64,000 nt of DNA from Lytechinus pictus (taxonomy: Eukaryota), in NCBI RefSeq assembly GCF_037042905.1, contig NC_087245.1, positions 9,674,001-9,738,000 of the forward strand, read 5' to 3'. Position numbers and translations under genes: made by a program. Shown in pieces: positions 1 to 13,700 of the stretch. The stretch's first letter is position 1. Every line of letters starts with the position of its first letter. The notes under the pieces were generated by a model. That model made no database searches and was not told where the DNA came from. It worked only from the letters and a program-made list of their open reading frames with translations.

Positions 1-830
1 ATAACTTTGAAATATTCTCCTCGATATGATTTCTGATGCATATGAAATTTGCTGATTGCCTTTTTCCAGTTTTTTAATCCAACTGAAATTAATGCTTCAT
101 TCTTGCATTTTGACATTTATATCCATCAAATATTGTTTTGCTGCTTTTGTGCAAGTGTGGCATGTCTGTATTTGGCGGCACATGCAGCCAAGCATATTCT
201 TCAAACCATTTCGACTGAAATTTAAGTATTTTGCATTTCAATTTATGTTCGGGTAAATGAGAGATACCAGAATGGTTTTGCTCCTTGGGAAATGAACTTG
301 AAGGTGCTCCTAGCTTTGAGGCCGAACTACCCAAATGGGCAGGTGTAGAAGCAATGGCATGGGATTGGGTAGCTGAAGGGTCATCTGAACTACAATTTGG
401 GATTGTTGATGAGAAATCTGGACCTTGCTCTGCTGTAACACATGGGTCAAATTGAATATCATCACAAGAATCTTGGGTATGTACTGGACTATCATAACTT
501 GCAGCTTAAGTAGAGGCTGGATTACGTGGTGGGTGTGGTTGAAGTCGGAATTTGAACATGGTCATGTTTAGAAACCAGAGAGATTGACGGAAGAGATTGG
601 TTGATCAGATGTGGCTGCCAAAGTAATGGCTGGTCCATTTAGTGTGGCATGCGAAGGGTTGACTGGATGACCATATGTGACAGTGGAAGGGGAAACCTGA
701 TGATCAGATGTGGCTGCTGAAGAGGACATTTGGCATCCACAAGTTGCAGCAAAAAAGTGTTGTAGCCGAAGGGGAGACTGGACAAGCAGGGCTATAGAAA
801 TTGAAACAAAATTTAAATTATTAATCATTT
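1..830 (-). mobile_element. Decayed hAT-type transposase N-terminus (TTF-type zinc-finger region, ZMYM1-like) in the PLEKHA8 upstream intron
   Basis: Minus-strand peptides LKFQSKWFEEYAWLH and, after a frameshift, ALISVGLKNWKKAISKFHMHQKS; runs off the window edge. Confidence 0.7.
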
Positions 831-1596
831 ATGCTTATTTGATTTAGTATTTACATGTTTCAAAATGATATGATAGTTTGGGTAAAATAAGTGATACTAC
901 AATCAGTATGTACTGATGAAGCAGGAAAAATCGATGACATAACTTACGTTGACCCGGAAAAATACTACAATGCCTCTGATAGACTCATTGTGTGGTAAAG
1001 GCCTGGGGCTGTATTCTGAAAACGTTCTATTCTTATATCTTATCTATGTCACAATCTCAAATTAGTTTTCTGAAAACATTGTTATCTTTTTGATGGACAA
1101 CACAAAAACTAAATGCCTAAACCAGACCACTTTGTTGTTAAGGCGCAAAAAAGATGACTTGTACTTTTTGAAACTAGCACTTGAAATAAAGGAATCCAGT
1201 GTCCTTTGCCCTTTTCTGGTTACAGGTGCAGTTGAAGGCTGACTTGATATTCACATCTGTAAAAATGAAATACACTTATTAGGCAGTTGACAAAGTAGAT
1301 GAGTGAAGGCTGGCTTGAGTCGGTGAATGAAGTAGTATCTGTAGCAGGAGAGTAGACTTGATGTTTCGGGCAGTGGTCTATTGTAGGTTTAAACATGCAA
1401 AACAAACAGAAAGACTCTCTCTTACCCTCGATATTTGACTGCACAAGCTTCCTGTATGCTAAGCCTGGAGGATTCAGACTAAAATTAATTTCACAAATGC
1501 AAAGCTTTAATCATGATGAAGCCTCACATCTTATTTAATTGTATTCAAGCCTAAATTTTGCATATATTTCAAAACTATTTTTTTTCTTTTTTTCAG

Positions 1597-1713
1597 GTTG
1601 GCAGCCACGTTGGTTTGTTTTAGACAAGGGTATCTTGACGTATTACAAATCACAAGATGAGATGCAGCAGGGTTGTAAAGGATCTGTCAAGATGGCTTGC
1701 TGTGAAATTCAAG
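1597..1713 (+). CDS. PLEKHA8: PLEKHA8 exon (PH domain)
   Basis: tttcag|[39 protein letters not shown]|gttagg. Confidence 0.95.
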
Positions 1714-4700
1714 GTTAGGAGCACTTGCACTTATTGTGAGGCTAGTGCACTTAACACTGCACAATAAATGTTCTATACCCAGCAATTGAGCTCATTCAAT
1801 TTAGTACACATGCCAAATTTCACCTTAAGCGATACAAATCCCATTTCTTTGGTATGAATTTAAAACTAAACAAATGATAGATTATGTTAGGCCGTGATAA
1901 ATGAAACAAATAATTCATAACAAAATTGATTATGCAATCAATAAAAACAGTTGAAATACATGTATCTTTAATAGAAAATCACTGAAAGCATAATTACTTA
2001 TGCTTTATTTCCTTACACGAAAATAAACATGAATCAATGAATTTATTAAAGATCTGAATGAATTGGACTTTGTGTTCTACACTGAGGCACTTAAGTCCAT
2101 AATATTACGTTATTACACCAGGTTAATTTGCCGATTTCAACTACAGTTAATTGGTTTGATATAGGTTTTTTTCTACATAAAAAAAACTTGTACAGATAAT
2201 GCCTTCATTTGCCAAGTATTTAGCTTTAAATTCTTATGTAATGCTACTTGTCTTTCTTATCCCCATGATCTCTTCATGCAGTGCATGGTACAGATGAGTT
2301 GAGACTAGACTTAATCATTCCAGGAGAACAGCACTTCTACGTCCGAGGGACAACCCCTGCCGATCGTCAGAGATGGCTAGTAGCCCTAGGATCAGCTAAA
2401 GCCTGTCTTGCAGACTCTAAGATCCATCAAAAGAAAGGTCAGTTAATAATGACAGCAGGAAAAATAATGGCCATGAATGTTTATTTGTGCTCGTAGTAGA
2501 TGTTGAGATATTCAAGTTTTGTTCCCAACACACTGGGAAATTTACCTCAAAATTTTTGCATATCCACTGCAGGCTTTATTACTGATGTTACCCAATCCAG
2601 CTTTGCAAATACAATGATGAATGGTCATATCATAAACACCTTGATCTTTGATGAGAGAAGGTTTGAGTGCTAGAAGAAAGAAGCATGATATTAGTGGATG
2701 GAAAGAATAATAATAAGAATATTATTTTGCTTCTGTATAGTGTTTGATACATTGGATCAAGGTTTTGTGCTGTAAATACAGATGTAGCCCAGGTCTTGGA
2801 TTCTGGCTTGTGCTTTCCTGCACCAATTGTATACACTTTCTCCACTCTTTTAGTAGCATTCCTGCAAGAGCTTCCTAGCTCAAATGGTCTGCATTCTAGA
2901 TTAGCCTTCTCATCCCACGAGGTACACATTTAACACCTGGGTGAATAGGTCAGAGCTGCCAAGTAGTACGATTTTTCCGTATTTAGTACGTTTTTGCAAC
3001 CAAAATATGGCAGTACGTTTTTTCTTTAAAAAATATGTTTTTTGTATTAAAAAAAAAAAAAAAAAATCGAAATCGAAATCTATCTATCTATCTACAAAAT
3101 CGAAATTTATTGAGAAAAATCATCTCTATACGTCTCTATTTCATAAAACGTACACAAATATGGTTATTAGATCAATGTAATTTCAGGTACAGGTGTAACT
3201 TGTTTTTTTTTTCAATCATTTTGTAAAAACCAGGGTGAGATACACACAAGTTTCAATGTTTTTTTTTTTTTCATCTGCAAGATCAGTGCACATTTTAGCT
3301 TGCATGCAGCTTGAGCGCCGTGATGGGCGAGTGCGCCAAGCATTTTATCATGAAATACACTTTTTTGGGGAAAAATGCAAAATATTTATCTCACACGGTA
3401 AAAATACTGATTTTTTGGTCAAAATACTGATTTGGGGGGATAAGAGTACTGAAAATGCAAAATACAACTTGGCAGCTCTGATAGGTTATAGTTTCTGTTG
3501 TATGATTTTTTTTAAAAAATCTATTCATTTTACCAGGTACAGATTCTAACAATATGGTTGAGGTGCTGCAGTCAGAATGTTCAAAATATTGTGTATGTCA
3601 TTCCAGAAGCTTCTTTTTAATCCCATCTTTCTTTATTTTTTATTTCAATTTTCATTCCTTTCTTATCTTGTAGAGGAATCAGAAGACACATTACGTACTA
3701 AGATGTCAGAGCTAAGACTCTATTGTGACCTTTTGACCCAGCAAGTTGCCAACGTTAAGGCGGCCGGATCTTCAGGACCAGGGACCCCTGATATTGAGGT
3801 GTGGTATTTTGTATGGTGCATTGTTTCAGAGGAGATTTGTATGGAGATAACACTTACTGTACCCTCATGGGCATCAATCTTCATGGGTGTGGGGTAAAGT
3901 CCATGTATTCTGATAAATCTTTCCCTACCAAACCTTAGTTTATCAAACTTAGCTTATCACATGTTTGAATATAGATCAACCTTTTAGCCTGTACTTTATT
4001 GTGATTTGAGGAATCTGGAGTGACTGACATTACATTGTAAATGTTAATTCCTGGGATAAATATAATAAGCTTCTCAGACTCAATGATAATGATAAAGATA
4101 ATTATACTGTTTTCAATGAATTGTTAATTACATTATAATTTATTAATGAACTCCTGCTACTGACTTCATCTCTTCGCTATAGGTACTGCTATCTTTTGAA
4201 TTTTTAATTTATTCTATATATTCCCAATCTTGAATACAATCAAAAGGAATATAATATTATAAATGTGATAGCCTGAATTTAAGAGAACCTCTTCTGTTTT
4301 AAGCACACTATAATGAATGCATTTTGCCCGTATGCGCTATTACAGAAAATATATAATTGAATGATATACAAGGGAAGCGCTTCATGTAGTTTTGTCATTT
4401 ATTTTCACTGAATAATTTCTTCTCAATCAGGAGCAAGAATTTCCAGGAGCTTACAGACAAATGTCTGTTATAATCACTGACTATTTGCTTGATGAAACTT
4501 TCACTTAACAGCCTGGGTTTAAATATCCTTTATGTAGTTGGGCAATTAAAAATTGCACACTCACTTACATGTATATTAGAAGTTCTAGATTAAAGGTAAA
4601 TGCCAGTTGTGGTAACGATCTCAAAATTACTTTTTACAGAATCCAATATAATGACCACCCAAGTGTCTGTTGATATGAATAAAAAATATGTGCCGAAGGA

Positions 4701-7700
4701 TTCTGGAAGAAATTGTGTAATTGCTGAGAAATAAGCGCGAATTTGGGCACTTCCGTCGGGTCTTTATTCCAGCAATATAATATACACTGTCCCACTTGTG
4801 CCTATCTGTGTTGGCGATCTTCAGTGTGATTGTTTTTCAGCTTAGATTTTATGATTTCACAAAGTTTATGTAACTGTACCAGATCTAGATCGACGATGAT
4901 ATAGTAATACTTAACCTTGGTTTTACAGACTTTCTTTCGAAATCAGTGTTTTACTGCAACTACTGTAATTTAGCTTTAAAGAATAATCAAAAGCATGGTA
5001 TTTATGGTAAGTTGAAAAGAAGGTGGTGCCATAAAAAAGGGATACAATATGATATGAGGCATGTAAAGTCGTAAAACATGATCTGAAAGATTTCTTCCAA
5101 TAATTATTGTATATTTATGTCTCTCGGTTTCAGTTTGTATCAGGTATGAAACTTGTGAAATTGAAATAAGTTTCCCTGCTATGTGGTTGCTCTGGCCACT
5201 ACTAGCAGTGATTGAGAGTCTTGAGTTAAATGTTAGGTGTAAAATGCCATTTCAAGGGGTCTTGAGCAGTAATATCAATGGTACCAATTATGAGTGAAAT
5301 TATTATCATTAATAGTTTTAGCTGCAATTTATCTCTTCAGTAGAATTAGAATTACTATTATCATCATCATGACCACCATCACCTCATCCACAATAAAATT
5401 TGCATAAACACTGTCACCACCACCACCACCATCATTTCCATCATCATTTTCAACATCATCAGTGATAAAAATCACCAATTATGATTATTATCACTGTCAA
5501 CAGCATTATCATCACTGCCATCACTATTACTGTATCATCATTACCAGTGTAATCACTATAGTTATTATTACTACCATCACTATTATCTTCATCATTAGCA
5601 GCATAATTGTAATCACCAATACCATCATCATCCACATCACCATCATCACCACCACCACTATCATCATTATTATCATTACCACCATCATCATCAACACCCT
5701 CTCCATCCTAATTATCCTCATCAGCTTCAAGACAGTACAGATCATTCCAACATGTTCAGTATTAATTACTCAAATTACTAACTATTGTGTAAATTTTTGT
5801 TTCTTTTTCTTAAGAAACTGAACGAGTCGTCATCGTTACTTTCTGCTACTTGCGACACTTTCATCATGACATTACAAGACTGCATGAAGCTTGCCAAGGA
5901 ATCTTTCATTCCAAATATCCACAATATGGATATCAGTAACACTGTACTGCCACCCTCAACTCCTTTCTCTGATAAGGTTTGTTAACCCATTAATTACAGA
6001 TTTATTTGAAGTCTTCATCATTAATAATTAGATTGATTTCAATGATGATATTGCTTTCTTTTTTTATATTTCTGCATTTTTCTTTTTCTAAATTTGTGTA
6101 TCTGAAGTAAATATGAATAGACAAGTGGTACATTTATGATGTAGAAAATTGCTTATTTGCATGGGGAATGGTGATTTTGTACTTTCCATTGAATTGCCAA
6201 TTCAAGGATTTTAGTGATTATTTGTGTCTTTATAATACCTAAATGGCCGTAAAAAATTCTACCACAACATCCCATTGTGCACTAAGATGTAGTGTTGAAA
6301 AATAATGAATTTGCTGTCAATGCACACATTACAAATCAGTAACCCTTCCATTGATTGATTTATAATCAGATTTGTGTTAAGATTATTTCATTTCTATATC
6401 CAAAAAGGAAAGTTTACAAAACAAATCAGCAACTTGTATAGTTGACAGGGGACATTTCATGAAAGTTGTCAGTGCTGACAATTTCAGTAAAATCCTTGGT
6501 TTTGATTGGCTGAGAGACAATGGCCTTTGACTGTTACTATATATTAACTTGTCAGTGCTCAGAACTTTCTTGAAACAGTCTCCAGTAGTGGGGTATTTCA
6601 AACTGTAAAGATATACATAAAAATATGAATGTGATATATATTAATATGACCCCCATTTTTATTTTCTTTACTCTAATCAAATATTTTTATTTTTATAGAT
6701 TTCAATGCATTGCACTAAAAATGTGTGTAGAGTGTAGACTCTAAAAATTAAATCAAATTATATCAGTACAAAGTCAACTTTACCCATGGAATACAACGGA
6801 TTGAGAATTTTTAGTTATTTTTCAAAATCTGTCGAAGAAATTGAGTATAATTTTAAAATACCCGGTAGCTTCATGAAATAACTTCTTTTGTATGGTTTTC
6901 AATTCAATAACATTGCCTTTTCTTTCTTTATTTCTGTTTCTCATCTTTAGAAGAAGTCAGGAATGCAGAGATCTATATCAGCAGAAGACAGGTAAGTTCT
7001 TGTTTAAAATGCAAGTTTTGATAAAGACATCATTTTGAGCTAGGTACTTAGGGATGAAATCAAAGGATGTTTCAGCAACCTTTGTACCAATATATCATGA
7101 TTTACTATTACATGCATTTTTTTTGTTAGTTTTCCAAAACTTCTATGTGAATGACGCTTAGTTGTGTATTTTGGAGCTGAAACGACAGTTATTTCTGACT
7201 TCACAAAGATGATTAAATCTGTTTAATCAAAACCATGGGTATTATGGTCATTTTCTTGTTATATCATATGGATTTAAAAAAAGCCAAATAATGAATGGAC
7301 ATTTTTGTTAAAGGGTATCAAATGCACTCGTTCCAATATAGATTGGATCTACACTGTATCAAAATCAGTAAATAGCCACCTTTCCTTTTGACAAGAGTGG
7401 ATTCACTGCTGGACCTTCATGAATTGAGGACCTCAGTATATCGTCTTCATAAAATGTATTGAAAATAGCACCTTGAAATGTGAAGAAAATTTACCAGTCA
7501 AAATGACCTGATAGCTGTAATTTCGGCCTATTGCTGTTCTTCCTCTTTCTTCAAAAATTTTCGAAAAGTGTTTATATAAGCGATTACATTTTATCTTAAC
7601 TTCGTGCAATATTTTGTCTAAATGTCAACATGGTTTTCGAATGGGACACTCCACATCGACTGCTCTTCTTAATTTTATTCATTTAGTTTCTCAGGCAATT

Positions 7701-10700
7701 GATGCTAAGCAATTTACTATTGGTTTATTTCTTGATTTAAGTAAAGCATTTAATACACTAGATCACACAATTTTGTTACATAAGCTAGAGGCTTATGGTA
7801 TTCGTGGAATTTTGTTACAATTATTTAAAGATTATTTATCAAATCGTAAGCAATTTGTTTATATTCAAAATCAACAATCTTCATATTTACCCATTCGATG
7901 TGGGGTACCCCAGGGTTCAATTCTTGGCCCTTTACTTTTTCTAATTTATATTAATGACATTATAAGTTCATCTGACTTGCTCCAATTTATATTGTTTGCT
8001 GATGACACCAGCCTGTTTATGTCTCATTATAATCTCTGTACATTGATTGACTTATTCAATTCTGAATTAAATAAATTGAGTGATTGGTTAATTAAGGATA
8101 AGTTAATTTTGAACATTACTAAAACCCAATATATTTTATTCACTAAACGTCACTTTGAAGACAACATTGTAATTCATTTTAATGGTCACCAAATAAAACG
8201 CACTTCATGTGTAAAATTTCTAGGTGTTCATATCGATGAATCCTTAACGTGGCATGAACATGCTGGTGTCATATGTAATCGTGTTGCCAAGGCTGTGGGT
8301 GTTATTTATCGTTTGAGACACTTTCCAAGATATATTTTGATTATGTTGTATTATGCTTTGATTTACTCCCATATAAATTAATGTAATATTGCTTGGTCAA
8401 ATAATCATGATTATTTTATTACTAAATTATTTGTTTTGCAAAAAAAAGCTGTACAAATTTTATCTAATTCACCATATAATGCCCACTCCTTGCCAATATT
8501 TTCTAAGCTGAATCTGTTAAACCTATATGACATTAATAAATTGAATGTTGCCATGTTTATGTTGTCTAAAGGCTTTTTACCTACTCTGATAGCATCTAAA
8601 TTTGTCCTTAATTGTAATGTACATAATTATAATACACGCAATGCTGTAGAATACCATCTTCCTAAAGTCAGAACAAATTTTTCAAAGAATACTGTATTTT
8701 ATAGAGGTCCTCATCTTTGGAGTACTATTCCAAATCATCTTAAGAATCAACTTTCTGTTAATAGCTTTAAAAGTTCCTTTCGATTATTTTTATTAAACTT
8801 GTACTCAGTAACTTAATATTATACATGTATGTTTACCACGACATTTTCTTTTTTGTCCTCCCCCCCCTTCTTACTATGATGTATTTATTTTGGGGTCAAC
8901 GCTCAACAAGGCAAATTGCTCTTTTTTGTTGACCCCTCATTCGTCATTAATTGTTTTCTTTGTTCTCTTATGTTATTTTTTCTATAACCATGTATTTATA
9001 TGTTCATCATTGTTTTTTACTTATATGTATTGACTTTTATACAGTGTATGTGTTTTTATGAAGAATGAAAATCAAATCAAATCAAATCAATTTTTTTCTG
9101 TGAATAATTTGTGTCAACACTAGGGTTAGCATTCTGAAGGTATTTTGAGATCATGTTCAACAATCAGCACTAACTCACTGAAAAGATTGTGTTGGATTTA
9201 ATTATGGGATGTTGAGGACCTTAATATTGTTTGTGGAACCACACCCAGTCAATACATTTCTTCCTCTCACAAACCCAGATATACTCCACATTCAGCCAAC
9301 AAGCTCGGGGTCACAACTCGTTACCGTAACCTTGAAGACATGGCAGCTCGTTCAACTCCCCGCTCTCGCCCTACCAGTCGAACTCCGAGCATCAGCAGTC
9401 AGGAAGGGGTGCAGGCCGCCATAGCAACCACCCCAAACAATGAGAGCAAGAGATCACTATCTCAGCCAACCACACCCGTAGTTGAAGAGATGCCTGTGGT
9501 AGTGAATGGAGCGAGTCCAGCAACCAGCTTGGAAGCAACAGTACCAACATTCTTCTCAGAACTCTCAACCAAGTAAGTGACATTATTTTTACTAGGTACT
9601 TCTTGGTTCGCGATAGTTGTATGTATCTAGATGGCCACTTATTTTCTGACTCAATAGTAATGCTTCAATTTTCAAAATGGGAATTGAATTAATGTGTCAA
9701 AGCAGGAAGATGCAAAGATATCGTTATAAGTCACATTCCAGTTTCTGCTTATTTGTATGTTTTGTCTATTGCTTTTAATGAATTGTGGTTTCAATGGATT
9801 GGACTAGAATTAATTGATTGGGCTAAATAATTTAAAGTCTAAATTCATTTTAATAACAACCATGTTCTTTTTAAAAAGTCTGCAAAGTTATAGATCATGA
9901 GCCCATTATGTTGGTCAACTAAATTTCATTCACTTTACTTGCAACTTTATTTCAGATTTCCCGATACTCCTTGTTAAAGTGTACCTACTATTAAATGAAT
10001 CACATCTTGATTTTGTTCTTTGATATTTCATTTCAGATTTGTTGATATTCAAGTAGAACCTGATAATAGTATACCTACCCAGCCATTCCTTGATGCTTGT
10101 ACTTGTATAGTTGGAGTATTTGGTAAGTTATAGGCTCAAATTAATGTGCTATAAATTATCTTAAGTGGGCAGAATTTAATAAAGTTATGCATACAATTAG
10201 AAAATTTTCTCGGGTACTAAAATCAGTTTCTTGGTCATTTCAATTCAAACAAGCTTTTAAATAAGTTGAAATATGGCCTTTTCTGATTGAAATTCATGTT
10301 ATTAACAAGGACTTGAATGATTAAAATATTTGTCAAATTTGATTACGATTTTGGTCCCAATATGTTAAACACCAAGGCAATTTTGGGCACCTCATTTATG
10401 TCAAGAAAGTGTTGAAATCATTTGTAAAGTAACGCTTAACTTTATGGACAGCTTATCGAACAATATCCTGCAGGGCAAATAATTTTTTGATAACATACAA
10501 AAATGAAAATTTGAATATATGACATTTTGATGATAAAAATCTATAGTTTTATCGAGATAAACAATTTATCACTTTACATTTCATATCCATTTGTATGGTA
10601 ATAAATACCGAGATTGAGATAAGAATTATAGGTGCATCCATTTAACATGATTATTTGACCCTCAGCTCCGGACCTTTTGCTCTTGGATTGATGCTAATGA

Positions 10701-13700
10701 TATAATTTGTTATGTGTTCACATCATTGCTTCCAACATCCATGGCCAGATCATGACTTTGTATTTAATTCACACCAATGGGTAGATGTCTCTTTCCTGTT
10801 GCAATTATCCCTTTTCTTCCTTTTTAACCATGTATTAAAACTGATTGTGATTAGTCACAGAATAAGATGTTTTCTTGAGCATATAATTGTTGGGCTATAC
10901 AAACCTTGTATCTTAAAATGATGTGGCGCATATTTTTCTTTTTGAATGAGAGCACCATTAAATAATTTTTTTTTTAATGAAAAAGAAATCAGAGACGGCT
11001 CAGAAGAAGCTCTCATTTATGGCTTTTATTTCAGAACCTAATTTTGTCTGATATCAGTCTCCTATTCCTGTAGAGAACTCTTTTCTAGGTAAAAGAATGT
11101 TGCTTCTTATATCACAACTCTAAAGTAGGGCTTTTTTTAGATTCTGGGGTTTAACAGCCCACTTACAATTTAAAAAGCTCTTTAAATATTGACTCCTCTC
11201 TCTCTCTCTCTTTCTTGTGTCTATAGATGCCTTGAGTCCTACTGCATTTGCACCTGTTAAAATGGATGTCAATGGCAACATACGGGTAAGAAGAAATGTT
11301 TTCAACAAAGTTTTTCCTTAGATACTCATTAACTAGTCTTTGCCTTTAGCATGTGCGGTCATTATTTCTTGTTGAACAACCTTATTTTGTTGCAGTGCTG
11401 TTTACAATCAAAATTATTGAAATACTGTACTAAAATGAACCTCTTTATCCATGAATCATGATCATGTATATTTAGCCCCAATTTATTTGTGAGAATTCCA
11501 ATGAAAAATGTTGAAAAGACAAAGTGCATGCAAAGGCAAAACATCATTTGCGGGAAGAAAGCAATTTAAAGAATGCAGGCGTGTAAAACCATAAATAATA
11601 TAACTCTCTCTATCCGATGAGATAGATAATTGGAGGGGTAGGCCATTGCCATACAAAAGCATGTTTCTCTATTTTTTGTCTACTTAAAATGTTCTGGCAT
11701 CAATTTTTCTGTTTTCTTTACAGAAAAGATTAATTACCTTTATATTAAAGGTGGACACTGCTCATACACAAAGCACATAAAAATGTTGCTTGTCATGACC
11801 AAGTGATGAATACATGAACACCAAAAGGGTTCAAACTTGCCAAAATCAGGGCAAAAGTGTATAATTTTCAACCTTATCATGAAAAAGATGATATTCAAGG
11901 CAATTATGTAGGTTATGAAAACATGGCAAACTATTTGTTTAGGGTACTCTGAGATCGAGAGGTGATAACTTGTTTGGGTCCATTATGGAAGTCCATATAC
12001 ATGTATGAGCAGGATGTCCAATTTGTAATTAGAGTGGCCTCCCCGGGGACAAGAGAGAGTTTGTAATTACTTTACCTGACAATTATGTAGGTCGATGATT
12101 ATATAAATAAAGAAATTGAATTTCATGGGTTTATCTTTTTTTTACTTGATAGAAACTTCGTCAGAAGCAGAGTAGCAATCCTGAGATGTTTATGAATCTT
12201 CAAGGTATGGTCCAACAAGAAGTCAGAAGTAAGACCACACAAGTCAAGAACTCAGCGACAGACGCCCTCATGTGGCTAAGGAGGTACAGACCAGGGGCCA
12301 CTCTTATAAATACTTCAATAGGCACTTTACCTTTAGTCAGAGATGCATCATTTAATGGGAAAACTTCAGAGAGGAGCTAACCAAGTTTCTCAGCATCTTT
12401 CAGGATTAGTGTATGAAAGATGCAGCTCTGGCTAATACCATGATTGATATAGCTTAAAGGGGTACTCCAGGCTGAAAATACATGTAATATGATTTAAACA
12501 GATGAAGAAAAATCAGACAAACAAAACAATTAAAATTTGATCAAAATTGGACAATAACAAAGTTGTGACATTTTAAAACTTTGCATTAGTATGGTAATAA
12601 TGGTTCTGTGCATGTCCTCATGAATATGCAATGAGCAAGCTGATGAAAACATTTATTCAAAGTTTTTTCTACCAAGAATGAAAAAAATTGGATTGACAAC
12701 TCATTCAATACATAAGATATCAATTGCTACAACTTATTTTGTTACAAGGAAGACATACCATATGTATGAAAATATCAAATAATTATGATTTCATGTAATA
12801 ACATATATAGAAGCAAAGTGGGGACATGACATCATCAGCCCACCTTATCAATATTCATGATAGCATGCATATAACTGTTTTCACAAAATACATGTATTGC
12901 TAAATTTGAAAATTCAATAACTTTGTTATTTGTTATATTTTGATATTTTTAGCATTTTGCTCTGTAAATATTACTCTTTTTATGTAGGTATGATCAGCCC
13001 AGAGTAGTGAAACAGAATAGTCAAATGATATTATAAAAATATACAATGGACTGAGAGACTCTAGTTGAAATTATGGATACCTAGGTAGTAGGAATATTAC
13101 TATCCTGAAGAAAATGGTACTACTTCTGCCTCCGAGGAATCCATAATTTAATTAGTGTCTCAAAATAGTACATGGTATATTTGTATTTTATCCTTCCAAC
13201 AAATCTTGAAAAAGTAATTAAAAGAATTCCACTTATAACAAAGGTTGATCTATTCCATTCTATCCAATCTGGTCTCCTATTACAAATTAAACTCACTTCT
13301 CTGACTATGTTGAGGACTTCTACATGTATGTTCAAGTAAACAATGCAGTCTATAGATGCATCAAACAATGAAAATGTTCTTTGTGGTAGTTCTGAAACTT
13401 CAATTCGAACACATGAACATCCTAATGTGAAAAGTGTAATCCAAACTTTTGGAATTCAATGTAAAGTTTTGTAACATTGGTTGAAATGTAACACAAACTC
13501 TGAACAGTAAACATATCGCCAAAGTTCTATTTAGTTGTAAATATGCACCACATATCCATTATGGAAATGATATTGTGGGTGACTCTGAAAATTGACCAGA
13601 TTCATGCTAAGTCCAAGGAGCTTGACGATGGAAAGAATCATGATCCTGAGGTGGAATTTTAGTGATATTTTCAAGCAGATACGTGTCATCAATGATACTG

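Noticed and set aside
5462..5821. Hydrophobic Ile/Thr-rich ORFs on both strands
   Set aside because: Translation of a trinucleotide microsatellite inside an intron
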